Assembly (NCBI GenBank): GCA_027923505.1
Contig: BROI01000017.1
Location: forward strand, 186,001-250,000
DNA from: Mayamaea pseudoterrestris
Lineage: Eukaryota
Direction of reading: 5' to 3'
DNA: 64,000 nt
Part shown: positions 22,100 through 31,791 of the stretch, in pieces
Layout of the letters: every line of letters begins with the position of its first letter
Position numbering within the stretch: position 1 is the stretch's first letter
Notes under the pieces: generated by a model
Database searches by the model: none
Told to the model about the DNA's origin: nothing
What the model saw: only the letters and a program-made list of their open reading frames with translations
Program-made: the position numbers and the translations under genes

Positions 22100-23137
22100 A
22101 TGATGACCCGAAAATCTCTACTACTTCCGCTACTGCTATGCGGCGTGAGCGTGAATGCCTTTGTGGCGACTCGTACGTCACACCCCGTTGGATTCTCCAC
22201 GAACAGCATTCCATCACTGGGTCGGCCTTTTGTATCCATCTCATCAACTCTGCTGCAGCAGCAGCCAAGTCAAACAGCGACTTTAACGACGACAAAGACA
22301 GAGCAGCAAACGGTTCTAGATCGCTTGTCTGTTTTTACAATAGATGTTCCAAAGCAAAAGGAAGCTCTACACCGCACATATCAGTCATTTGTCAGACAGA
22401 GTCACAAGTCACTTCGTGATGGCCAAGCTCTTTTATCAGATTCTTGGTGGGCATTTCCCATGACTCTTTGTCTTGTTCCAGTCATATGCAAATTCATGCT
22501 GAATATGGATGCAACGACGCCAGCTTTTTGGAAAATGGTGGACATGCAGTTTGTCCACTCGCTCCCACACGGCGCCGCCACAGTGGGAGCCTTTCTATTC
22601 AGCAATATTGCCTACTTTATGAGCGGACTGTACTTGCTACTTAAGAGTACTTCGCAATCCATTAAAACAACGACGCTTGGACGGTTGAGCGATTCGCGGC
22701 TACCGCAAATACAGTTGCCTCCACTGACTCGAACGTCGGCGCTTGGCTACTGGATCCTTGCAGCAGGTTTGATCAGTACTCTGTTTCATTCGGTACAAGC
22801 ACTAGGCGATTATACAGTTGCGGAAAGTTGGTGCTACTTGGATCATGGCATTGCCATTAGTGCTGGTTTGTATTTCTGGAAGGTTTGCGGACCGCCCGCC
22901 AAGCATGCCTTGTCCTTTGGTGTTCCTGGCTTGGTCTGCCTTGCGGTGACACCCCAGGCGGCATATACTTGCCTGCACTCGGTTTGGCACTTTTTAAGCG
23001 CGGGTGCTGCAGTCGCATGGGGGCTACAGGCATATTCAAAGGATGATCAGCGAGTCAAATTGGAGCTTGCATTTTTGATGAATGACAAGCTGCGACAAAA
23101 TATCGACGACGACAACAATGCGCCTTCCGAAACATGA
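22100..23137 (+). CDS. Putatively plastid-targeted CREST-superfamily-like membrane protein
   Basis: Signal peptide ending VNA-FVA followed by a Ser/Thr-rich transit region. TM motifs STLFHS, YLDH and LHSVWH match the SxxxH / D / HxxxH pattern. Confidence 0.6.
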   Translation: MMTRKSLLLPLLLCGVSVNAFVATRTSHPVGFSTNSIPSLGRPFVSISSTLLQQQPSQTATLTTTKTEQQTVLDRLSVFTIDVPKQKEALHRTYQSFVRQSHKSLRDGQALLSDSWWAFPMTLCLVPVICKFMLNMDATTPAFWKMVDMQFVHSLPHGAATVGAFLFSNIAYFMSGLYLLLKSTSQSIKTTTLGRLSDSRLPQIQLPPLTRTSALGYWILAAGLISTLFHSVQALGDYTVAESWCYLDHGIAISAGLYFWKVCGPPAKHALSFGVPGLVCLAVTPQAAYTCLHSVWHFLSAGAAVAWGLQAYSKDDQRVKLELAFLMNDKLRQNIDDDNNAPSET

Positions 23138-23460
23138 GCGTGAAAGCAGAAAGCTTTCAGACACTTTATAATAGAGCCTTGTGCAATACTTGGCCGCATA
23201 CTTTTACCTTAATAGTATATTCTTACATGATACACTGAATTATTACTTGAACGCATTATTTACAGTTACCGCTGCTAACTCCCAAGTATAGAAGAGCAGC
23301 ACTACTCATACAATTATTAGACCTACTGTGCGAAACCAAGATTTTGCTCGAACTGTATGATACGCGTCAACAATGTCAAATGAAACGACCCACTTATCTT
23401 TCGACACGTTTGCCTCCTGACAGAGCATCGCTACGGCTCGCCATGCCGACTTTGCTTTAC

Positions 23461-24186
23461 TTAACTGTGCTTGAAACGCTTTCGCTGTCTCTTCTTTCGT
23501 TCACGCTCAGCTGGTGCAGTCGTCGTTGACTCAAGTTTCCCATTGAATGATGATTGCGTTTGAACAGGTAGTGACGTAGCAACTGCCGTGTTTTTGCATG
23601 CGGCAAGACAAGGGTCAGCCTTGTTATGCGAAATAAAGAGCAACGGCGCACATTTGGCGCATAGACGGAGCTTGACAAGCTCCAGTTTGGATTCGCCTTG
23701 TTCCTGGTAGGAAAATGGAACTTCATAGTCGACTTGATCATCCCCGTAATCTAGTTTCATAAGTCTCTTTCGCTCTAATTCTTCATCAATACCAATGGGT
23801 TTGACCTTTACAATTGCCGCATGTAGTTTCGTCTCGTTGAATTGGCCTTTGTGTGACGGGCAGTGCTTGTTTCCGCATGACGTCGAGCCTTTGCCGCTAG
23901 CAACTTCGTCCTGCGTCCTCCATCGCAGCCCCAGTCGCTGCTCCGACGCAAACGTAAGGTCAGCGAGCACATACTCCTTGTACAAATGCTGATGATAGTG
24001 CTGCACCATTCGGTCCTGCCAGGTGCCGCGCTGTTCCTTCGACGGTTCAGAGAAAGCTGTTGCTGTTGACGGCTGCTTGCTCGGAACGAAACGATAATGT
24101 CGTTCCAACTCTGCCATGTCGGCATCGCTAACAACATTTCTGCGCTTCCGCTGATCGTCATTACTGCCACTGAGGTTACTGTACAT
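23461..24186 (-). CDS. FRA10AC1: Folate-sensitive fragile site protein FRA10AC1 homolog
   Basis: Motifs HYRF, TWQDRM..YHQHLYKEYVLADL, LGLRWRT..EV..GKG...CGNKHC, YEVPFSYQEQGE.K..LVKLRLCAKCA. Confidence 0.9.
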   Translation of the reverse strand: MYSNLSGSNDDQRKRRNVVSDADMAELERHYRFVPSKQPSTATAFSEPSKEQRGTWQDRMVQHYHQHLYKEYVLADLTFASEQRLGLRWRTQDEVASGKGSTSCGNKHCPSHKGQFNETKLHAAIVKVKPIGIDEELERKRLMKLDYGDDQVDYEVPFSYQEQGESKLELVKLRLCAKCAPLLFISHNKADPCLAACKNTAVATSLPVQTQSSFNGKLESTTTAPAERERKKRQRKRFKHS

Positions 24187-24687
24187 AATGCGGCATCGTC
24201 GGTAAAAGAGGATAAGGTACCATGCGAAGCAACAAAACTGACGATCGCAACTGGTTCATGTCGACGGGCGACGGGCCATCATCGCACCACAATAATGAGG
24301 TGGTCATAGCGGTACTCGCTTGCGACATCTCATGAAGTCGTACGTATTGTGGTAGTTGTGTCTTTACTGGGAGCAATGGATAATTAACTACTGAATGAGT
24401 CCTAGACAGGGTTGGGCATCGTTCTATTGACCAAGATATTCAGATGTCAGCCCTGGTGCAGAACTAGGGCCTGCATTGACCTTTTAGCTAAGTCTGAAGA
24501 AATGTGAGGGCAAGGGTTACCACAGGCTACTATTAACGAACCACAGATGGGTTCCATGACGAGGGAAGGGCACCACAAGATGCACCAAGATGTTGTCCAT
24601 CGAGCCATGGTGAAACTTGGGCCTGCATGGCTTTTTGTTATACATCTTTTTCCGCACTTGCCAGTCATTTAATCAAAATTTATTTCA

Positions 24688-25788
24688 TTATTGACAAGGA
24701 AGAGATGAATCTGCCCAGGCTACAACCCCTTCAAAATATTTCTCATCGAGCTCTTCAATTAGTCGGCGAAGACGCCGTCGCAAATTCGGGTCGTGGCTCG
24801 TTGCGTGATTGCCGCTGTACTCCTTGGTTTTGGTGGGTTTCCTTCCATCCCACGCACCGTGACCCGTTGGAAACCACCAATCCAAGCATTCGTTTATGAC
24901 TCGCAAGTCCTGTTCTGGATCGGACATGTCTTTGTAGCAAATATAGCGAGTGCGATTAAAAGGATCAAACATGTTGTAAACGTAGCTGGAAATGACGCCT
25001 TCATATCCATTGTTCAAGATCCAGGACATGTACGCTCGCATGCCTACTTTCTCCGAGTTATTGGCAAGGTAGTGACACAAGGTGTCGCCAGGCTTTGCCG
25101 GAGGGTCCAATTCGTATTTGATGTAAGACTTTTCTCCTCCGGCAAATTTTTGAAAATTGTCGTTTCCCCACTTTCCGCGTCGTGTAAAGCGTCGTCCAAC
25201 GTGATCCAGCCAACATTCCTTGCCCTGCTTGTGATAGAGGTATCCACTGGCGATGGAGTCGTAAAAGTTTCGTACTAAAACAACATCTCTGTAGTCATGT
25301 TCGGCAGGAAAGCGTCGAAAGGATTGCGTCGTGGAGATTCGTGCACCAAAAGTCTTGGTAGTAAATAGCCGCTCGGTCAGTACATATCCCATTTTGTGAG
25401 CTCGACGAAAGGTTCGCTCGCAGCAAGGAGGTTTGGCGTCAGGGTTCCAGCAGCTACAATCTTCGTCGGGTGAAGGTTGTGGGAAGGGACTGGTGCGTTC
25501 GTCGTGCAGCCATCGTTTTGCAAGTTTGCTCATGTATGCTTGCTCACTGTAGTCTTCCATTGTCAATAAGAGCAACGGATTTAGGTAGATAGTAGTTTCA
25601 AGAAGCAGTTGAGAAATAAAAACTGCCGCAATGAGTAGTGAACTGAGGATTAGCCATCCTATTTTGCACTGCTGTCGTTTCCGTTTGCGAAGAGAAAGGT
25701 CTGCCGACCGAAGCATGCCGATAGACGACAAGACTCGACAAATTGTTTGTATTATAGCAATCAGTAGCCAACGGTGTCTCCCGCGCAA
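24688..25788 (-). CDS. Type II membrane sulfotransferase-like protein
   Basis: Basic stretch plus TM anchor, HKMG (5'-PSB-like), VLVRNFYDSIASGYLYH (3'-PB-like), ICYKDM and NHATS. Start uncertain. Confidence 0.6.
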   Translation of the reverse strand: MRGRHRWLLIAIIQTICRVLSSIGMLRSADLSLRKRKRQQCKIGWLILSSLLIAAVFISQLLLETTIYLNPLLLLTMEDYSEQAYMSKLAKRWLHDERTSPFPQPSPDEDCSCWNPDAKPPCCERTFRRAHKMGYVLTERLFTTKTFGARISTTQSFRRFPAEHDYRDVVLVRNFYDSIASGYLYHKQGKECWLDHVGRRFTRRGKWGNDNFQKFAGGEKSYIKYELDPPAKPGDTLCHYLANNSEKVGMRAYMSWILNNGYEGVISSYVYNMFDPFNRTRYICYKDMSDPEQDLRVINECLDWWFPTGHGAWDGRKPTKTKEYSGNHATSHDPNLRRRLRRLIEELDEKYFEGVVAWADSSLPCQ

Positions 25789-26208
25789 TATACGTAACTT
25801 AAGCTTGCTTCTTCATAATGCACGTCGAACAATATACAGACGTCGCACCATTTTGATCGACGAGGATTGATGGGATGCGCGTTAACGAAACCGGCCGAAG
25901 ATGTCGCAGCGTTAATAATTTGATTCGTAGTGGCACTCAGATTTTCGTCGTTGGATGTGCCGCGTCGCTTTTGCTTCGATATCCCGTGGACTTTCTCAGA
26001 TCGTACTCTCCCATTAGTCGTTATCTGTCGAGCTTCTCACAATGATACTTCCCGGAGCCGGGAAATTGGTCGAAATAGGTCGCCGACGAGCCTAAAGACG
26101 CGCTAAGAACCTTAAGAGACGAATCGCTGTTCGACGTGAACTGCCCTGGCCCAAAAGCAAGCTAACGCTGCCGTAATTGCAAGCTCACAAATCTCTCATT
26201 CGACCTGT

Positions 26209-27237
26209 ATGATGCGTTTCATTCATCTCATACTAGGAGCAGTGCTCAACTTTGCGCTCACTCTTCAAGCCCGTGCGGACGATGTAGACTTAACGCTGCC
26301 CTTTTGCCAATCGAGCGTCTTCGGGAGACCCATCCTTACTGGCAACTGCCGGCCTCGGTCCGGAAACAACCGATTGAGGAGTCGTCAACCGATTTCAACG
26401 GGTCAAAATCGTTATGGGAACAGACCGAGAGCACCATCCAACCAGATGATGTCGCGGCGAGGCAATCGCCCTCATCAGGGAACAAAGAATCGAGGATGCG
26501 GCGCAACCCCGTCACCCAGTCCTTCAAAACCTCCCGTTGCGCCTCCTACTGAAACACGCGGCCGAAAGACGCGACCGCCAACCCGATCCCCCACGGGTCG
26601 TCCCACCGGGGCACCCACTGCTAGCATCGCGACTGCACCTCCAACGCGACGCCCGTCCGCAGCTCCCAGTGCAAAACCTTCAGCTGCGCCTTCGCCTCGC
26701 GCTCGGCTCATCACTCCCGCTCCCACGCGAAAGCCGACGCAAGCTCCCGTTCGTCCGACGCCACCTCCAACAACCCGTCCGACGCCAACACCAACTTATG
26801 CCCCTTCAAGATCTCCCAGCGCAGCTCCAACAACTCCCTTATCGCGGTCTGGAGGGCAAAGATGCTGTGAGGACGCGAGGGACCCAACGGGCAATCCTTA
26901 CGGTACTCTTACGGGGACGGTGACGCCGCAGGACATTACCGCGTTTGATCCCTTTATTGTCAACATTACCTATGCTGAGAGCGGCATTACAATGTCCACC
27001 AGCGCTGGCTGTGGCGGCAGCAATTCGGATTCTGCCAGTTACTTGGTGATCAAGGAAGGGCGTTTATGCTGGACGCAGGGAATTGACTATGGAGTCTCGG
27101 CGAGTCCTGGGCCGTGCCGGAACAATACCATTTACTCCTTGGTGGAGGGAGTAAACTTTTGGCAGCTTGTTGGCGTCGATGAAAGCAATTTCGTGATGCT
27201 TGGGCAACTTGATCTTACATGTCTTTCAACATGTTAA
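26209..27237 (+). CDS. Secreted Arg-rich / Pro-Thr-rich protein with C-terminal Cys-containing domain
   Basis: Signal peptide MMRFIHLILGAVLNFALTLQARA, then an Arg/Asn-rich segment, PT/PSxxP repeats and a C-terminal globular region with 7 Cys. Confidence 0.7.
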   Translation: MMRFIHLILGAVLNFALTLQARADDVDLTLPFCQSSVFGRPILTGNCRPRSGNNRLRSRQPISTGQNRYGNRPRAPSNQMMSRRGNRPHQGTKNRGCGATPSPSPSKPPVAPPTETRGRKTRPPTRSPTGRPTGAPTASIATAPPTRRPSAAPSAKPSAAPSPRARLITPAPTRKPTQAPVRPTPPPTTRPTPTPTYAPSRSPSAAPTTPLSRSGGQRCCEDARDPTGNPYGTLTGTVTPQDITAFDPFIVNITYAESGITMSTSAGCGGSNSDSASYLVIKEGRLCWTQGIDYGVSASPGPCRNNTIYSLVEGVNFWQLVGVDESNFVMLGQLDLTCLSTC

Positions 27238-27599
27238 ATGTATACATGGAAGGATTCATCATGGTTTGAGCTACTTGTACCAGTGTCGCGCGCTAATGTC
27301 ACGCGTGCGTTTCTTAGGGGATGCTACATCAGAACTATATGAGAATGCAAATATATTATTTGATAGTTTACGTGGAAAATAGCAAGCACAATGCGCAGGT
27401 ATATAATCTGATTAGTTACAGCCTCAATAGCTAAATTTGAACGACATGCCTAAAGGTGAGTAACGAAACGACATCCGAATCGATTTTCGAAAGATACAGT
27501 TTGACGACCACCATGAGAAGATCCTCTCACGCGTTCTGCGCAATCATTTGCCAAATATCTCGTACACACACCCAAATTCCAGCAATATAAAGAAATATT

Positions 27600-29221
27600 A
27601 TGGATGATTGGAACTCTGACATTATGCTGAATGTAATTCAGTTTCTTAACGTTCGCGACTGCTCCAAACTTTCGCAGACGGCCTCTCGATACTTTTACTT
27701 GACGCGTCAGTTTCAAAAGCTAATTGGCCCGCAGCTTGTAGCGGCGACCAGTCATGATCCTGCAATAAAGACTCGGCAAAAGACGCCTGCCGAAGTTTGT
27801 CAAGAAGCCATTAGCAAAATACAGACTACCCCGAACCTTGCCTTGGCCTTTTCAAAGGGCAGCGGGTCGTTCAGCACGAGCCATTTGCCGGATGATATCG
27901 TTGCGATGGAGACAGTGGCGGAATCAATTCAGTGTCCGGAATTGATCACCACATTGAGTATAAGTCTCAAGCTAGCTTAATGCTTGCGAGCATGCCGCAG
28001 GCTAAGATATATCCCTTTTGCTTGGAATGCGAAGCTTTGGATTGCAGTCAAGGCGGCGTTGTCGACCAATTTTTGGCGCACTTAGCCACTACGGACGACT
28101 GGAAGGTTTTTATTATCAATGTCGCCGGCTCGGTGACTGGAGCGGGAGTCTTTGTAACGAAACTGCAGGCGCGATTTCCTGAAGCAACTATTGTTGGAGG
28201 CGTTTGCGACCACGGGGCAGTGAGTGTTCCAGTCGGCGCTAGCACAAAGGAAGACCTTGGCAAGCAAACTACTTCAAGTCTTGTCAAACTATATCGTTCT
28301 CTTGGAGGAACGACAAAGTTTACTGGATGTATGAAAGATGAAGTCGTCGAGATAATTTACAATCTCCAGCAATCCAAGAAGTTTCGCCTCGCTCGTATAG
28401 ACGAGGGTATATTTGGTATTGCCCTGACTGGACAGGTCCCATTCAGGTCTGTCGTTTCGCGAGGCGTGAGGAGCTTGATACATGGAGGTGTCCCTCAATC
28501 TGCAACAACTTACTACATCGAAGCTGCCGATGTTGTGCATCATGATGACGACGCGAACATGTTCGAGCGTGAAACCCCCTCATATCACTTAATTCGGAGT
28601 GTTCGAAATCAGGAAGATGGAAAGTTGTATACGCCAATTAACTTGATGCAGAAGTTTGGATTAGCTGATATGGTGGGAATTCGAAGGGAGAGTCATGATG
28701 GATTCGAGGTCCTACCGCCACATCAGGTTTCTTTTAGAATAAATGAGATCTTGCTCTTTTGTGACGGTCAATTACTCGACGAGCAATCTCTAGTTGGGGC
28801 GAATTTTGATTTGTTTCAGCTGCAGGCTGAGGCTTGCTGCTTAGATCTTGAAAGCAAAATGAAATTGCTGGAGGAACAGACAGTTGGCGAACAAATCCTC
28901 GGCGCCCTCATGATTAGCTGCAACGGACGGGGGCCATCACCTGGTAGCTTTATTCCAGAGGAAATGGCAGATGCCAGACGATTTGCAAATGTGTTTCCTA
29001 ATGTGCCTTGTCTTGGTTACTACGCAAACGGCGAAATTGGCCCAATGGCGTTGGCCGGTCGACGATCAATCTTTCAAACGGGTAGTGCCTGCGTGCAAGG
29101 CTTCACCGCTGTCTTCGCTCTATTCATCGTTCCACCAGTCGATCTTGGAGCTTTTGAACTGGATGATTCTGCGGAAAACGTGCATCTCTTCGTGAAAAGT
29201 GAGCTACATGGGTCGAAATGA
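27600..29221 (+). CDS. F-box + FIST domain protein (FBXO22-like), interrupted by an apparent frameshift
   Basis: ORF 27600-27980 carries F-box-like DIMLNVIQFLNVRDCSKLSQTASRY. Overlapping ORF to 29221 carries FIST motifs IVGG, SVVSRG, LMISCNGRG, LGYYANGEIGP, QGFTAVFALF. Both frames are open at 27896-27980. Confidence 0.75.
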
Positions 29222-29278
29222 CAGGGAAATTGCTTCTGGCGGAAAATACATGACTACGTGTATACCTCCCAATTTATA

Positions 29279-30064
29279 TTAGTCTTCATCCATGGCATCT
29301 TGATCTTTCTGTATTTGCTTTTCTACCGTATACACAAGAGACTTGACCATGGCGCGGATTTGCTCGGGTGTCAATACTTCGCTGTTCGTAATAGCATTTT
29401 GAATCAAAATAATGTAGTCTGGTTTCTGTGAATGCATCCACAAGTAACCATTGACTCCAATCGCCACTTCAAACGGGAACTTGTTTTTAGATAATTCTGC
29501 AAGCACAAGATTGTTCGGAAGCAGCAACTGCCGAGCTAATCCAATGGAAATCTTTGTCAAAGTCCCTCCCTTCAACTCGCCGTAGGTTCCCTCGTTTGTC
29601 AGCCATTCCTTTCTCGGCACACCAGCATCATGCGGCCCCAAGACACAGGAAAGTTCCGGATCCAAGTAGCCATCAAATAGTTCACTGACTCGAAGATACA
29701 AGACTTGTCCCGGTTGAAACTGCGGCTTATTGCGCTTGGACGCTCCTTCAAACGACAAGTTGTTTAACACGGCATAGTTGGTTGCTCCAATTTCGAGCCG
29801 GTACAAGTCACCTCCGCCCCCACTGTCCGTACCCATGCGATCAATGACAACTCCAATGACTCGATCTTGTGCTTGAGGTAAGTAGCGCTTGCGGTTGTGG
29901 CGAATGTAGGCGTGCTTTAATGTCAAAATTAGAGTGCCTGGAAGCGTTGCGACGACTTGCTGTTGGTCGGTGACGGCGCTTAACGAATCACTGCGGCGAA
30001 GGCCGGGACCGAGCTGAAGGTTCGACGGAACGCTCACCGAATCGCCAGGTAGAAGGACTTGCAT
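29279..30064 (-). CDS. RRP40: Exosome complex component RRP40
   Basis: Motifs VLLPGD, LGPGL, KRYLPQAQDRVIGVV, LSFEGASKRNKP, PELSC, YGELKGG, FEVAIGVNGYLW. Confidence 0.93.
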   Translation of the reverse strand: MQVLLPGDSVSVPSNLQLGPGLRRSDSLSAVTDQQQVVATLPGTLILTLKHAYIRHNRKRYLPQAQDRVIGVVIDRMGTDSGGGGDLYRLEIGATNYAVLNNLSFEGASKRNKPQFQPGQVLYLRVSELFDGYLDPELSCVLGPHDAGVPRKEWLTNEGTYGELKGGTLTKISIGLARQLLLPNNLVLAELSKNKFPFEVAIGVNGYLWMHSQKPDYIILIQNAITNSEVLTPEQIRAMVKSLVYTVEKQIQKDQDAMDED

Positions 30065-30243
30065 TATAAGCGGCAGCTGTATAACGGAGAGAAAGTGGGG
30101 CTACGCAAGTTGAGACGATGGAAAAAGTGATGGTCGTCGTTGAAAACGAATTTAGTGAGTCACTGTACGACAGGCTACTGTTTTCGCCATAGTTCTTGCA
30201 CGAAAGCCATCACTTCCATCATTCGACCATGGCGAAATGAAAA

Positions 30244-31461
30244 ATGAAGTCGCATCCATCGTTGGTCCTGGCGTACCTTTTTATAGTACAATTTTGCATA
30301 TTGATTTTAGTTGATGGCTTCTCATTGACAGCGAGTAATGGAAATTGTCGAACTACCGGCCCAACGACCCGGTTCGAGACAGTGACGACGTCCACATCAA
30401 CAACTGCATCTAAGACTAGCAAATTACACTTGCTATCACTACAATACACTCCCCCAAATGATCCTGGTACATTTAGTGAAGTAGTAACAACTGTCTGGCG
30501 ATGGAAGGATACGGTTCTCGGCAATGGACAAGACTTTTTCGTTCCAAAACCAAAGACATTGACGGCACTCCAAGATTGTTTGCTTGCCAAGACTTCAGTC
30601 GACGAAGTCGTTGTCATTTCCAACTGCGCTCGATTGGAACTGCTCATCTTTTGCTGCAATGAAAATATAGTCGACATAATTTCTCGTGAGCTACTGCGGC
30701 AGGTACAGTACCATCAGGAGCATCCTCACACGCTTCAGCTGGGCCTTGGTTGGGACATGCCGACTTGCATTGCTACAGCCCATCATCAGAGCACTCTCCG
30801 TGATAGCCAAGTAAATGAATTGTCGCGATACTGGACTCATTATACAGATCTGGCCGACATTACTCGCCACCTTTGCCTCATTGCATCCGGCATGGCGAAC
30901 CGCCCACGACGTCCAATTCGACCCGTTCCCTTTCAACCATTTTCCTCGCGCGACGCGCACGTGCTGCTGCAGCTAAAGCGAACTCTCGACGTATGTCGAG
31001 GCAGGCAGACGAGCATTTTGCTCAAGGGGGCGTTGGAAGCAGGCAAGGCTGTTCGAAATGATCGTATTGTTTCCGAGCTTCAATTGCTTCAGCAATACGG
31101 AACGGGCGATAACAAGTATTCGGTAGACCCACCCAGTCATGTTCTAGAGCTCGTCACGCAGGCCGCCATGAAGAAAGGGATCCAGCCTGCTATAGAAGTG
31201 ACACTGGAGCGACTGTCCATGGCGCTGGATGAAGAACGGACGCAACGAATCGTTCAACTTCGAAGGCAAGCGGACAATCTTGCGCTCAACGCCGACGAAA
31301 GTGCCTTTATCCAAAAGCGCTTGCACGAACCAACGATGCGTCTGCGAGAAGGAAGTTCTTTGCAGATAGATTCAGTCTTGGCAGAGCTACAAAGCGATTT
31401 AAAGCGCCTGCGAGGGAGACGCTTACAGCAAGCCTATAGCGACCAACGTATGACAGACTAA
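30244..31461 (+). CDS. Glutamyl-tRNA reductase-like protein (catalytic-like and dimerisation-like domains, no NADPH domain), putatively plastid-targeted
   Basis: Signal peptide ending VDG-FSL. Motifs EVVVISNCARLEL (cf. STCNRxE), HLCLIASG, DAHVLLQLK (cf. ExQILGQVK), ALEAGKAVR and KRLHEPTMRLR. Confidence 0.65.
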   Translation: MKSHPSLVLAYLFIVQFCILILVDGFSLTASNGNCRTTGPTTRFETVTTSTSTTASKTSKLHLLSLQYTPPNDPGTFSEVVTTVWRWKDTVLGNGQDFFVPKPKTLTALQDCLLAKTSVDEVVVISNCARLELLIFCCNENIVDIISRELLRQVQYHQEHPHTLQLGLGWDMPTCIATAHHQSTLRDSQVNELSRYWTHYTDLADITRHLCLIASGMANRPRRPIRPVPFQPFSSRDAHVLLQLKRTLDVCRGRQTSILLKGALEAGKAVRNDRIVSELQLLQQYGTGDNKYSVDPPSHVLELVTQAAMKKGIQPAIEVTLERLSMALDEERTQRIVQLRRQADNLALNADESAFIQKRLHEPTMRLREGSSLQIDSVLAELQSDLKRLRGRRLQQAYSDQRMTD

Positions 31462-31791
31462 GCTTCAATCGTATCGCATTTGGTTTTGACCGCCAAGTCC
31501 GTGGCTGATGCAACGCCAATTATTTATTCGTACGAGAATGTTGCCGAGCCGTCTTTTCCAAAGCTGGAGCGCTCGCTCACCAGCACCTCTAAGGCCAAAG
31601 TGTGCAAACATTGTTTCGCCAGTTAGTCTTGACTGGCGCCACATGCAACGGCTGACTCGTCTTTGACAGAATGGGATCAAACGCACTGCTCCTGTCATGA
31701 TTCCAGGTTTGGATGCATGAGGTGAGCGGAAAATGATCAGGAGAAACCTCTCATAAATCGCGATCCGCCAAAGTTGCAACAAATTCTCATC

